Source of the DNA: Diplonema japonicum
Taxonomy: Eukaryota > Protista > Euglenozoa: Diplonemea
Assembly: GCA_964019335.1 (NCBI GenBank)
Contig: OZ025681.1
Coordinates: forward strand, 186,001-250,000
Length of the DNA stretch: 64,000 bases
Reading direction: 5' to 3'
Below, in pieces: positions 32,616 through 44,889 of the stretch. Both the position numbers and the translations under genes were made by a program. The notes under the pieces are model-generated. The model had not been told where the DNA came from and searched no databases. It saw only the letters and a program-made list of their open reading frames with translations. Position 1 is the first letter of the stretch, and every line of letters begins with the position of its first letter.

Positions 32616-34677
32616 CGTGGTCTTCGAACTTCCTTTTCACACCCCTCTTTTCGGGAGAAGCCTCCTTGCGCCTTGCCAGAAGAAGTACCCGAATGGACTC
32701 AACTTTGCCCTCCTCAGCCGCGTAGAACAGTGGGGTGAGCCCCTCCCCGTCCCTCACACAAGGGTCCTGCTCGTAGGAATCCAGTAGCAGCTGCATCGTC
32801 TCAGTACAGCGTTTAGCAGCCATGTGCAATGGAGTGCGCCCCCGATAGTCCCTCACACAAGGGTCCTGCTTGTACTCATCGATGAGGAGCTTCACCATCT
32901 CCAAGCTGCCCCCTGCCGCCCTGTGCAAGGGTGTCTCGTCATTGTTGTCCCTCATGCTAGGGTCCACTTTGCACTCATCGAGGAGGTACCTCATCACCTC
33001 CATGCACCCTCTACCTGCTGCTTCGTGGATGACGGGGCTTCTAGCTGACTCGGTGCAGGGGTCAAGCTTGCACTCCTCGACAAAGTACTTCACCACATCA
33101 ACTTGGTTGTTCCTTGCCGCTCCTTGCAAGGGTGTGATGCATGTCCCATTCTTCGGGTCAAGCTTGCAGACTTCAGTGAGATACTTGACCACATGCAGTT
33201 GTCCCCACTCTGCTGCGATGTCCATGGATCCGGGTCCGAAGCCATAGACAGTCCTTGAGCCAGGGTTTTGCTTGTGAACTTCGACAAGGTGCCTCACTGC
33301 CTCCAGCTCACCATGTCGTGCTGCATACATAATAGGCGTGAACACCTTGTCCTGGACCGTCAGCTCCTGCTTGTAAACATTGACGAGACAGTCAATTGCC
33401 TCAAGCTTGCCATTCCCCGCAGCGAAGTGGAGAGGTGTAGTGCCGTCGGTGTCCCTTGCCCCAGGGTCCAGCTTGTACTCGTCGATGAGGAGCCTCATGG
33501 CCTCCACATGACCATTAAGTGCTGCCACATGAAGGCAGGAGGTCCCTTCATCATCCACAAGGCTGGGGTCAAGCTTGCACTCTTCGATGAAATACCTCAT
33601 CACATCAACATGGTTGTGTTCTACCGCACAGTACAAGCCACTCTTATTCTTCATCCCACCAGGGTCAACCTTGCAGACTTCAGTGAGATACCTGACAACA
33701 TGCAAGTGGTTGCGACCCACAGCAAGGTCTATGGGTGCCATGCCTCTATTGTCTCTCAAATGGGGGTCCAGCTTAAAGTCACTCACGAGCCACTCCAGTG
33801 ATTGAAGCCTTCCCGCTTTCGCTGCGTGGTGGACGAGAGTTGCACCGCTGGGTTCCATAACCGCAGGGTCTTGCTTGCACCCCTCAATGAGATACTTCAT
33901 AGCCTCGAATTGGCCTTCTGTGAGAAGGACTGCAACAAGGCCATCGGCAGTCGGGGTCGCGGGGTCTATCTTGCACACCTCAATGAGGTACCTCAAGGCC
34001 TCCACGTGACCTCCCAGTGCCGCCCTGTGAATGTGAGCATAGCCCTCATCGTCCTCACCGCTTGGGTCTTGCTTGCAAACTTCGACAAAATACTTCATCA
34101 CATCAACGTTGTTGTACAGTGCCGCCATGTGCAAGGGTGTCATGCCTGTCCCATCCTTCATCCCAGGGTCAAGCTTGCAGACTTCAGTGAGATACCTGAC
34201 CACATGCAGCTGTCCCCACTCTGCTGCGATGTCCATGGGTGCTAAGCCGTCTGTGGTCCTTGAGCCAGGGTTTTGCTTGTGAACTTCGACAAGGTGCCTC
34301 ACTGCCTCCAGCTGACCATGTCGTGCTGCATACATAATAGGACCGAGGCCGAATACCTCGTCGCCGACCGTCAGCTCCTGCTTGTAAACATTGACGAGAC
34401 AGTCCATTGCCGCAAGCTTGCCATTCCCCGCAGCAAAGTGGAGAGGTGTGGTGCCCTTGGTGTTCCTTACCCCAGGGTCCAGCTTGTACTCGTCGATGAG
34501 GAGCCTCATGGCAGCGACCTCATCGTGCTTTGCTGCAGTGTGCAAAGCTGTCAAACCACGCGGACCAGTCACACTTCTGTGAACCCCGTACTTCTGAATG
34601 ATTGCCCTCATGTGTTGGAGGTTGCCTGTCGCAGCAGCGGACTCCACCTCGCCAAACACTTCATTGTCCTCATCCAT
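32602..34677 (-). CDS. Multi-ankyrin-repeat protein
   Basis: 691-aa ORF of ~34-aa repeats (TPLHFAAGNG, TPLHMAA, C/YKxDP) with an internal higher-order duplication. Confidence 0.9.
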   Translation of the reverse strand: MDEDNEVFGEVESAAATGNLQHMRAIIQKYGVHRSVTGPRGLTALHTAAKHDEVAAMRLLIDEYKLDPGVRNTKGTTPLHFAAGNGKLAAMDCLVNVYKQELTVGDEVFGLGPIMYAARHGQLEAVRHLVEVHKQNPGSRTTDGLAPMDIAAEWGQLHVVRYLTEVCKLDPGMKDGTGMTPLHMAALYNNVDVMKYFVEVCKQDPSGEDDEGYAHIHRAALGGHVEALRYLIEVCKIDPATPTADGLVAVLLTEGQFEAMKYLIEGCKQDPAVMEPSGATLVHHAAKAGRLQSLEWLVSDFKLDPHLRDNRGMAPIDLAVGRNHLHVVRYLTEVCKVDPGGMKNKSGLYCAVEHNHVDVMRYFIEECKLDPSLVDDEGTSCLHVAALNGHVEAMRLLIDEYKLDPGARDTDGTTPLHFAAGNGKLEAIDCLVNVYKQELTVQDKVFTPIMYAARHGELEAVRHLVEVHKQNPGSRTVYGFGPGSMDIAAEWGQLHVVKYLTEVCKLDPKNGTCITPLQGAARNNQVDVVKYFVEECKLDPCTESARSPVIHEAAGRGCMEVMRYLLDECKVDPSMRDNNDETPLHRAAGGSLEMVKLLIDEYKQDPCVRDYRGRTPLHMAAKRCTETMQLLLDSYEQDPCVRDGEGLTPLFYAAEEGKVESIRVLLLARRKEASPEKRGVKRKFEDHDERQ

Positions 34678-34813
34678 GTTGCCTGTGCTTCTTGTGGAGG
34701 GTGAAGAAGGGGATTAGTGGTTGCTGAAACAATATTCTCGAGATTGGGAACAATGCCAAGCTCTTTTTCATTTAGTGTCCCCGATAGTCCCTCACACACG
34801 GGTCCTGCTTGTA

Positions 34814-35121
34814 CTACACCTCCAATTCTGCTGCCCAGTGCAAGGCTGTCTCGCCAGGTTGCACGAGAGGTACCATGTTAAGATTTGGGCTGGCCACCTG
34901 TCGCAACAGAGCCTTCCCAATACACGTCAGCACGCTGCCCACAACAATAAAAGCGATCGAGAAACCAGTCAGCTTGCAGTCGTAGGGGGGCGACACGGTG
35001 TTGCTGTTCCTCTCACAGGTACTCCAAGGGCAGATGCACTTTAAACTCCAATATGAGCTTAGGGTCATAATCCCTGATGCACAGCAAGAACATACAGCGA
35101 CAACACAGCGATAGCTTTCAT
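34814..35121 (-). pseudogene. Broken array gene whose ectodomain/TM runs in frame into an ankyrin fragment
   Basis: CICPWSTCE...VVGSVLTCIG followed by ...GETALHWAA*YKQDPCVRDYRG; the 5' part is deleted or frameshifted. Confidence 0.7.
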
Positions 35122-36444
35122 TTTACCCTGTTGTACAAATGGGGGGAAAGGGGAAACATAGCCACAGGCAGCCAAAAATATATTTATATGAAAAATGGGG
35201 CGGGAAGCACTCTAACACACAGTGGCCTTTTGATTCCTTTTTCGGTTCAAAAGAACTGAAGAAGAAATCACGATAAGATTTCAACACAATGAAGAAATAT
35301 TATCCTTTAGCAAAGGGGAGGGGGGATAAAAGAGAAACTTGTATAAATGAAACGCTGTTGGTGTGCCATTCAGCAGCTGCATTTCTTGTTGACATTTATG
35401 AAAAAGAAAAAGGAGGGGGAGAAAATAATGGTAAAAGAAAAGAAATGGTAGCTTGAAGTTGCAGATCTCAGTTGACACATTCTTGCGCGCACGAGTGAAA
35501 TAAAAGTAATAAAAATACATCTAATAAGAAAATAATTTTCCTTATAACAAAGTTGTAAGATTGATATCCGTTACGTGTGCGCCCATCAACTAGCTTTTGA
35601 GTCTTGAACAATAGAATTGTTAGAACAGCAAAATAAAGCAGTAAAGGTAGGAAAATAATAAAACGGGGGAAAAAGAATTCGTTTTTTTTATTGTCGAATT
35701 ACCGTAAAAAAAAAAAAAAAGAAGAAAAGTCTTCCTTCTCTGTATATGTACCTTGCGGCCCCCAAAAAATATTTTAGGCTACTTTTTAGGATTTTAGGAT
35801 CGGCCCCAAAAAAAAGAAATTCAAATTAACATGCAGGCTCCCTGAGACGAAAGCCGCATGCCTAATGTTTCTTTTTTTTTTTTTTTCTTTCCCCGAGGGC
35901 GGGGCTACCTGCACCTGTCCCCTTTCAGCAGCGGTTTAAAGAACAACAATGAAAACCAGTATCCAAAAAATCCTAAACAATCCTTTAAAAAAAAAAAAGC
36001 AGCTTGCAAGGTAAAAATCTTTTCTTGCGGCAGTCCGTCGTCTTTCTGATGACTACAAATAACAAGTATGTTCATCATAATAAAAAGAAAGAGTTTGCAC
36101 CCTCGACTTTTTAGCAAAAAGTAACAATATCCTATCCAGGACACTATTCCTTTCTACAGACAAGATTAAAGAAGATTTACAGTAATTAGTTGGTAAAAAA
36201 AAGGAGTCGGCTTTACCCTTTCTCGTTGTTTTGTGCAAGATTGAGTTATCCTGCAAAAGGAACAACGCTTGCCCACATGATATGCGTGGGTTTTCCGTTA
36301 AGCCCACTGACGGGAATGGGGAGGAATATAAAAAAAATAGAAAAATAGAAAACTAGAAAAATAGAAGCAGAATGGATCGTTTTCAGAAATTTCTTTTCCG
36401 GCGATCAGTCTGAAGTTTCCCCTTTTTCTTTTGGACTTCTTCTT

Positions 36445-36864
36445 CTAAACAACTTCAGTTTTCGGAGGAGCCTGGGCACCATCCTGAGGGGGAGGAACTT
36501 CACCACCCTGGGCAGGATAAGCGTAAACGGGCTCACCAGAATTCGCCTGCTGGGTAGGCTTGTTACAGCAGCACTTGACACAGCAGAAAATACAGAGGCC
36601 GATCCCAATACACGTCAGCACGCTGCCCACAACAATAAAAGCGATCGAGAAACCAGTCAGCTTGCAGTCGTAGAGGGGCGACACAGTGTTGCTGTTCCTC
36701 TCACAGGTACTCCAAGGGCAGATGCACTTGTACTCAGAATACACCAGTCCTCCCGACGAGAGCTCCCTGTAACAGTAGTCATTCTGCGGGTTGGTCTCAT
36801 CACACCCGGAGACAGCAAGAACAAACAGCGACAACACAGCGATAACCTGGTTGATAACGTTCAT
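36445..36864 (-). CDS. Small Cys-rich single-pass membrane protein, copy 5
   Basis: Start placed at MNVINQ (36864); near-identical to the copy at 54555. Confidence 0.9.
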   Translation of the reverse strand: MNVINQVIAVLSLFVLAVSGCDETNPQNDYCYRELSSGGLVYSEYKCICPWSTCERNSNTVSPLYDCKLTGFSIAFIVVGSVLTCIGIGLCIFCCVKCCCNKPTQQANSGEPVYAYPAQGGEVPPPQDGAQAPPKTEVV

Positions 36865-37461
36865 TTTCTCCTTTTTCTTCTTTTTCTTTTTTCGTTTCAA
36901 AAACCTTGTGTGGTGTACTTATTTCATGCAAACAAAAAAAAAAGGGGAAAAAAAAAAGAAGGGAATAAAATAACACAGAACTATTCCTTTAAAAGTTAGG
37001 AGACATGTAACACCCACATGTCTCGACAATGGGCAAACGGTCACCGAAGAGGCAACCTAGGAGAGAATGTGGTAGGATTGGCCACTTCGTAATTGGGCTG
37101 GGCTGTCTGCCTGTCGCAACAGCATCTAATGCGCCTCAGGAGGGGAAAAGAATGGTGATGGACTTAGCGTAGCCAGTCCGGAATATATATGAAAAATGGG
37201 GCGGAATCACTCTAACATCACAGTGGCCTTTTGATTTCTTTTTTTCTTTTCAAAAGAAAGCTCGATAAGATTTCAACAAAAGTAAAGAAATGTCATCATT
37301 TAGCAAAAGAGGGGGAGGAGGGGGGGATAAAAGGGAAGATTGTATAAAAAGAAAGCTCGATCTACTCACCCACCCCCACTGTGGATTGGGGATCTGTCAC
37401 ACCATTCTGCGGTTGCATTTCTGGTGCTGCTTATAAATAAAAAAAAAAAAAAAAAAAAGAA

Positions 37462-39100
37462 TACTGTAAAACGAAAAACTCCCGGACGGAAAAATGTCCG
37501 AGTTTTTTTGGCGTCCGGGAATTTTTCCGTCCGGGAGTTTTTCCGTCCGGGAATTTTTTTTAGGTAAGGCCGTCAGGGGGCCTGGTCCACTACCACCTAC
37601 ATACTGGCCTGGGCTGCAAACGGCAACCGCGCGAAGAAACCCCCAGGGTTCCCTTTCTGCATCTTTGTCCTCCCTTGCTGCCCTGAGGCAATCAACTTGT
37701 CGAGCCTTCATGTGGCCTACTACCTTTCTTAATAGATGCTTTACAGCTGCGTTCAACCCAATATCCATCGGTTGAACCATGTAGGTGAGCCCAGGGGGAC
37801 AAAAGCAATGTGCACGTTTGCGCCTGCGAACCACTCTACGAACCCATAGGCATAGGTCGTGTGAGAGTTGTGGTCGCCGACAAGCAGCAGAATCGGCCCG
37901 TTCGGCAAAACCATGGGAATCGATGATTTATAGCAAAAAGGAAGAAACAGCTCCGTAACCCAGATACCGAGTATCATAATTAGCCCAATGACTGGGCGAT
38001 GCCGTTAGGCTCCATTCGGTGGGCGGGTGCTTGACCGGGGCACGGATAATCCCTGCCGGTTGCGTTTCCGCTTTGCCTTTGTATTTAACCATCCAGCCAA
38101 GGAAACAGCCAGCTGTTCGGTTATAGCCCGTTTTGTCCCCCAAGCCACGGACTTTTACGACCTTAGCACCCCTTTTTGTTTTGGTTTTTAACCCCGTATT
38201 CCAGACCAATTCCGGCCTTACTTTATGGGTGTCGATTATGGACCTGAATTCCATGGTGAAACAGCGTGCCTTCTCGTTGTCCTTCTCGTTTCCGGGCTTT
38301 CCGGAGGTGGCTTGCGGCTTTTGTCTTTCTTGCTGCAAAATTTTGTCAGCCTAGCCAGTGGAAAAGGACAGTGCCCCACCAAAGTCTACCAGGTCTGTCT
38401 TTCGGGCTGGATTGGCGCACAGCAGCCCTTCTGCATAGGTGCATATTTGTTGTGCTGGGATAGGCTCACCAAGCCCGTTTACCTATCGACTCAAGCAAAA
38501 ATCTTTCAGCCCCCGAAGGATGCTAAATCCTGTATTGGGCGATACGCAGCTATCACGGCGTCGTGGCGGCCAGGGGTGGTAGGGTGGAATAGCAACGTCC
38601 AGTATTTCCGTCTGGAAGAAACCGGGGGCTCTGTTGAACCTGTTGCTGCCGTCTTCTGACCGAGGCAGAGGCTGCCAAGCTGCTTTCGGGGGTTTGTCTG
38701 GCCCGGTGTAAGGAGTTTATCTCGGGAGTGAGCTGGCCGGGGGTGTCAGCACCAAAGTTGGGCCCCTCACAAGCCAGCTGCCCAACGTGCCTTGGGTGGT
38801 CGAACTGGTCAATCTGACGAAAGAAGTACGGGTTTATGAGAAGTTAAGATCCCGTGGGTGCTGTTTGTTGGTGCATTGAAAGGGGAAGAAAAATTCAAAC
38901 TGCCACGCAGGGTGACATTTTGGCTCTGCACAAGGAATAAAGCCCTTCCAGGCAAACGTGGTGGGAGCTGCTACCCCCCCTTAAGTAAAAAAACTTCTTC
39001 TCAGAAAAACTCCCGGACGGAAAAATGTCCGGGTTTTTTTGGTGTCCGGGAGTTTTTCTGTCCGAGAATTTTTCCGTCCGACATTATTCGTTTTACAGTA
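37462..39100 (-). mobile_element. Decayed pogo-type (Tc1/mariner superfamily, DDE_1) DNA transposon
   Basis: Perfect 14-bp inverted termini TACTGTAAAACGAA including a TA target. Frameshifted transposase pieces RPELVWN, PSHWAN, ILLLVGDHNSH, PPGLTYMVQPMDIGLN. Subterminal ~17-bp repeats. Confidence 0.85.
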
Positions 39101-40679
39101 GTTAGCTAATGTTTTTGAGCGCACGAACCATGGCCCACACGTTGTACCGGTACCAATCGGGTATTTAAGTAGTGCAAAATTGGCCTGGGTACGCATGGCT
39201 ACCCCCAGAAAGTACTTCGGAGAGATAGCCGAATCAATGGACCATCGTTAGGACGTCCAGAGACAAGGACTCTCTTGATTATTTTCCAGAAAAGCTTTTT
39301 TTTAAGGGCCAGAGGTGGTTCCTGAGGGAAACTCCCGCTTCTTAAGTTGCCGGGGATTTGACTAGTTCTTAGTCTCTAAATAACGTTATTTAATTCGATT
39401 TGTTAAAATAACGGGGTACGTACAAAGATTATGAGCCCCCCCCCCCTTTTTTTTGCGTTACGGTAGGTATTTTAAATATGTCAATACGTTTTTTGTTTAC
39501 AACGTGTAGGCTCTGGTAGTGATATAAAAAAGCTTTTGAAATTACTCCTTATAAGAAAAATAAGATTAGATTTTTATAAAAAGTAATTATAATAAGTAAG
39601 ATCACTCCTCATTGCGCTGCCATCAACTAGTCATATAGATATTTACTACCTACAAGGAATGACCTTAGTTTTTCCCTCGAGGTCCCGTGGTAACCGCGGT
39701 AAACGAGATGCGGTAAAGTCATTCCTTGGCGATAAGTAAGTGATTTTTATTTCACTGCTCTCTGAAATTACTTCACCACGAGGGGCAGCCCCGAGAATGT
39801 GGAGTAATTTCAGAGGTAAAACAGCAAAGGAGTGGGAAATAATAAATGGGAGAAACAACTGTTCTTTTTTTTCTTTTTTTTTGTCCCGTCTAATTACTAA
39901 TAAAAAAAAGGAAAAAACTCCGATTTCCTTTTTCCGTACGTTCGCAAACCCCAAAAAGATTCTTAAGGCTTTTTAGGAATTTAAGATGCGATGCTGCCCA
40001 ACCGGAGTGGCTAGCTGACTTTTGTGTTTTTTTCCAATCAAAGAAAACTCCCTCACAAAGCCAATATCCAAAAAGTCCCAAAAGAAAGAACTTCTAGGTT
40101 ACAAGGTATGTGTATAAATCCTTTTTTTCTTTATTTCTTGTGATTTTCTTTTCTTTTGCGGCATGTCCGTCGTCTCTCTGATGACAAAAAAAATATATAG
40201 AGTTAAAGGAAGTCTTTGTGAGACGCCCCCCCAAAAAAAAAACTTTCTTGTTCATCATAATAATATCATAATAAAAAGAAAGAGTTTTTGAAAACCCTCG
40301 ACTCTTTGGCAAAAAGAAAAAAAAAATAACAATATCCTATCCAGGACACTATTCCTTTCTACATTTAAAAATTAAACAAAATTTATAGTAATTAGCTGGT
40401 AAAAAAAAAAAAAAAAAAAAGTAACGTAACCTTTAATGTTGTTTTGTGCAAGATCGAAAATTTTATCCTGCAAAAGGAACAACAGTGCTTGCTCACATGA
40501 TATGCTTTAGGTTTGCCTTCGTTCTTTTCTTTTTTTATTTTTTTTATTTTTGTAAGTTTTCGGATGAATGGGGAGGAATAAAAATAACACAAGAGATAGA
40601 TTGTTATGCTATAGATAAAAATAGAAAAATGGATCCATCAATCAGTCTGAGGTTTCCCCTTTTTCTTTTCAACTTTCTT

Positions 40680-41060
40680 CTAAACTACACTTCTCATGGG
40701 AGGAGCCTGTGTGTTAAAAACACCGGCTTGTTGAGGGGGGTGGTAAGCGTAAACGGGCTCACCAGAATTCGCCTGCTGGGTAGGCTTGTTACAGCAGCAC
40801 TTGACACAGCAGAAAATACAGAGGCCGATCCCAATACACGTCAGCACGCTGCCCACAACAATAAAAGCGATCGAGAAACCAGTCAGCTTGCAGTCGTAAG
40901 TGCTGCCGCTCTTCTCACAGGTACTCCAAGGGCATCTGCACGTGTACTCCGAAAACAGCTCCCTGTAACAGTAGTCATTCTGCGGGCTAGTCCCATCACA
41001 CCCGGAGACAGCAAGAACAAACAGCGACAACACAGCGATAACCTGGTTCATAACGTTCAT
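40680..41060 (-). CDS. Small Cys-rich single-pass membrane protein, copy 6
   Basis: Start at MNVMNQ (41060). Confidence 0.9.
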   Translation of the reverse strand: MNVMNQVIAVLSLFVLAVSGCDGTSPQNDYCYRELFSEYTCRCPWSTCEKSGSTYDCKLTGFSIAFIVVGSVLTCIGIGLCIFCCVKCCCNKPTQQANSGEPVYAYHPPQQAGVFNTQAPPMRSVV

Positions 41061-41969
41061 TTTTCCCTTCCTTTTTTTCTTCAAAAACCTAGTGTGGTGT
41101 ACTTATTTCACAGAAGCAAAAAAAAAAGGGGGGGAGGAGACACATAAAGGGAGGAAAAGAATGGTGATGGACATAGGTAGCCAGTCCAGAAGATATATGA
41201 AAAATGGGGCGGAATCACTCTAACATCACAGTGGCCTTTTGATTTCTTTTTTTCTTTTCAAAAGAAAACTCGATAAGATTTCAACAAAGTAAAGAAATGT
41301 CATCATTTAGCAAAAGGGGGAGAGGGGGGGGGATAAAAAGGAAGATTGTATAAAAGAAAAACTGGATCTATTCACCCACCCCCACTGTGGATTGGGGATA
41401 CCATTCTGCGGTTGCATTTCTGTGTGGTAACCGGTGGTAAACCCTAAAAAAAACCTCTAGGTTGCAAAGTATGTGTAAATATAAATCTTTTTTATTTTTC
41501 TCTTTTGTGAGTCCGTCGTCTTTTCTGATGACTACAAAAAAAAAAAAAAGAACAAGCTTTTTTTATTTTTATTTCATCATAATTAAAAGAAAGAGTTTTG
41601 AAAACCCTCGACTCTTTAGCAAAAAAAGAATATCGACACTATTCCTTCCTACAGGCGAAGATTAAAGAAGATTTACAGTAATTAGTTGGTAAAAAAAGAA
41701 AAGTAACGTAACCTTTAATGTTGTTTGTGCAAGATTGAGGGTTTTATCCTGCAAAAGGAACAACAACGATATGCTTAGGTTTGCCTTCGTTCTTTTTTTT
41801 TTTTTTTTTATTTGTAAGTTTTCGGATGAATGGGGAGGAATAAAACATAACACAAGAGATAGATTGTTATGCTATAGATAAAAAAAAAAGAAAAATGGAT
41901 TGCTTTCGGAAAATTAATTCCTTCGATCGGTCTGAAGTTTCCCCTTTTTCTTTTTGAACTTCTTCTAAA

Positions 41970-42284
41970 CTATGGATGGTTTTCACCAGAATTCGCCCTC
42001 TGGGTAGGCTTGTTACAGCAGCACTTGACACAGCAGAAAATACAGAGGCCGATCCCAATACACGTCAGCACGCTGCCCACAACAATAAAAGCGATCGAGA
42101 AACCAGTAATCTTGCAGTCGTAAGTGCTGCCGCTCTTCTCACAGGTACTCCAAGGGCATCTGCACGTGTACTCCGAAAACGCCTCCCTGTAACAGTAGTC
42201 ATTCTGCGGGCTAGTCTCATCACACCCGGAGACAGCAAGAACAAACAGCGACAACACAGCGATAACCTGGTTGAAAACGTTCAT
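41970..42284 (-). CDS. Small Cys-rich single-pass membrane protein, copy 7 (tail-less variant)
   Basis: Start at 42284; ends NSGENHP* with no Pro/Tyr tail. Confidence 0.78.
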   Translation of the reverse strand: MNVFNQVIAVLSLFVLAVSGCDETSPQNDYCYREAFSEYTCRCPWSTCEKSGSTYDCKITGFSIAFIVVGSVLTCIGIGLCIFCCVKCCCNKPTQRANSGENHP

Positions 42285-42877
42285 TTTTTTCCCTTCTTTT
42301 TTTTTGTTTTCTTCAAAAACCTTGTGTGGTGTACTTATTTCACGGAAGCAAAAAAAAGGGGGGGGGGGAGATAAAATAACAAAGACATGGAAAAAGGTGT
42401 GCAGAACCCCTGTCTCTACCTGAAGCGTCAACCCAGCACCTCGCACTAAGAGGCAACTTGTAAGCTCCTATCCTCGACTGCTGTTCTACATGGGTGGACT
42501 TGCGGCAAGGATTGGCCTTCGTAATTGAGCATCAGTACCCCGCAGTCCCTACCCTGACATAGCAGAAAATACAGACACTGGGAGGGAGGAAAAGAATGGT
42601 GATGGACATAGCCAGTCCAGAAGATATATGAAAAATGGGGCGGAATCACTCTAACATCACAGTGGCCTTTTGATTTCTTTTTTTTCTTTTCAAAAGAAAA
42701 GCTCGATAAGATTTCAACAAAGTAAAGAAATGTCATCATTTAGCAAAAAGGGGGGGGGATAAAAAGGGAAGATTGTATATAAAAAGAAAAAAAAAACTCG
42801 ATCTACTCACCCACCCCCACTGTGGATTGGGGATCTGTCACACCATTCTGCGGTTGCATTTCTGGTGCCATTTATGG

Positions 42878-42921
<44 letters not shown>

Positions 42922-43730
42922 GATATAAGATAATAATAAGTAATTATAATAAGTAAGATTACTCCTCATTACGCTTCCATCAATTAGTTCTTAGTCTCAA
43001 ACAATAGTAGCTACTTTCTACCAACAAGGAAGGACTATATATCTTCCCTCGAGGGGTGGTAACCGGTGGAAAAAAATGCGGAAACGAGATGCGGTAAAGT
43101 CATTCCTTGATAAGTAAGTGGTTTTTATTTCAGGACCGTCTTCCCCAAGGGGGTGGGAAATAAATAAATGGGAGAAAACAATTCTTCTTTTTTTTTTCCG
43201 TCTAATTACTAACTCAATTTTCCTTTTCTGTACACGTTCCCCGCAACCCCAAAGATTCTTAAGGCTTTTTAGGAATATAAGATCGGCCCACAAAAGTTCA
43301 CGATGATTGCGATACTGCCCTTCTTGGGGTCGTTGGCGTTTGCGTCTTCTAATCAAAAAGAAAATAATTCGAGGGGTGCTTTTTAAAAGGATTATTTTTC
43401 TTTTAGAATTTCATTCTACAGGCAAATATTAAAGAAGATTTACAGTAATTAGTTGGTAAAAAAAGAATAAAGCAACGTAACCTTTAATGTTGTGTTTTGT
43501 GCAAGATTGAGGGTTTTATCTTGCAAAAGGAACAACACTTGCCCACATGATAGCTTGGGTTTTCCTTCGTTCTTTTAAGTAAGTTCGGATACATGAGGCG
43601 GGAAAAAAAATAACACAAGAGATAGATTGTTAAAAATAAAAAAGAAAAAAAGTAAAAAAAAAAAAAAAAAAGAGAATGGATCGCTTTCATAAATTAATTC
43701 CGTCCCCTTTTTCTTTTTCAACTTCTTCTT

Positions 43731-44147
43731 CTAAGCAACACTCTTCACGAGAGGAGGCTGGGTACCAAAAGTAGGGGGAGGATAGGCCCCACCTTGAGGG
43801 GGAAAGACACTTGCTTGTTGAGGGGGGTGGTAAGCATAAACGGGCTCACCAAGATTCGCCTGCTGGGTAGGTTTGTTACAGCAGCACTTGACACAGCAGA
43901 AAATACAGAGGCCGATCCCAATACACGTCAGCACGCTGCCCACAACAATAAAAGCGATCGAGAAACCAGTAATCTTGCAGTCGTAAGTGCTGCCGCTCTT
44001 CTCACAGGTACTCCAAGGGCATCTGCACGTGTACTCCGAAAACGCCTCCCTGTAACAGTAGTCATTCTGCGGGTTGGTCCCATCACACCCGGAGACAGCA
44101 AGAACAAACAGCGACAACACAGCGATAACCTGGTTGAAAACGTTCAT
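43731..44147 (-). CDS. Small Cys-rich single-pass membrane protein, copy 8
   Basis: Start at MNVFNQ (44147). Confidence 0.9.
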   Translation of the reverse strand: MNVFNQVIAVLSLFVLAVSGCDGTNPQNDYCYREAFSEYTCRCPWSTCEKSGSTYDCKITGFSIAFIVVGSVLTCIGIGLCIFCCVKCCCNKPTQQANLGEPVYAYHPPQQASVFPPQGGAYPPPTFGTQPPLVKSVA

Positions 44148-44889
44148 TTTTTCCCCTCTATTCTTTTTCTTTTTTCTCTTTTTGAAAAACTGCGATGCAC
44201 TTATTGTTACGGGGGGAAACAAAAAGGAAAGGGGGGAGGGGGAAGAATAAAATGACGCAAAAGAATACAAAACTATGCAGGACACCAAGGTGTTGACGCA
44301 TTCCACTACCTCCTGCCAACATGTCCTGGATGCGCCTCAGGGATTTGTTTGTGCGCACGAGCGGAATTTTACCTAATAAAATAGCTCATTACGCTGCCAT
44401 CAACTAGTTTTTAGTCTCGACAATAATATTGTTAAAACAAAAAAAAGAATGGTAATCAACGCAGCGTAGCCAGTCCGGAAGATATATGAAAATACCAGCA
44501 AAGTGGACTTTTGATATATTTCTTTTTCAGAAAGAGGGGGGCTGCATTTCTTGGTGCCGTTTATAAAAAAAGAAAAAGCAAATGGTAGCTTGAAGTATAT
44601 CTCAAGTTGACATGTTTTTGCGCGCAAAGAGTGATATTTATAATTATATAAAATTACTCATTACGCTGCCATCAACTAGTTTTTTTTCTTTTAGTCTCTT
44701 TTAAAACAGCAAAAAGAAAAATAAAGCAATAAAGTAGCTTTTTTTCTCTCCCCCTTCTAAGTAACGTCTAATTACTGTAAAAAAAGACGTCTTTGAAGGG
44801 AACCTGCAGTATGTGACAGGATCGCCTTAAAAAAAAAAAATTTGATAAATTTCGGTGTGCGGGTGGGTGCTCACCGTTCAGGGAGAAAT

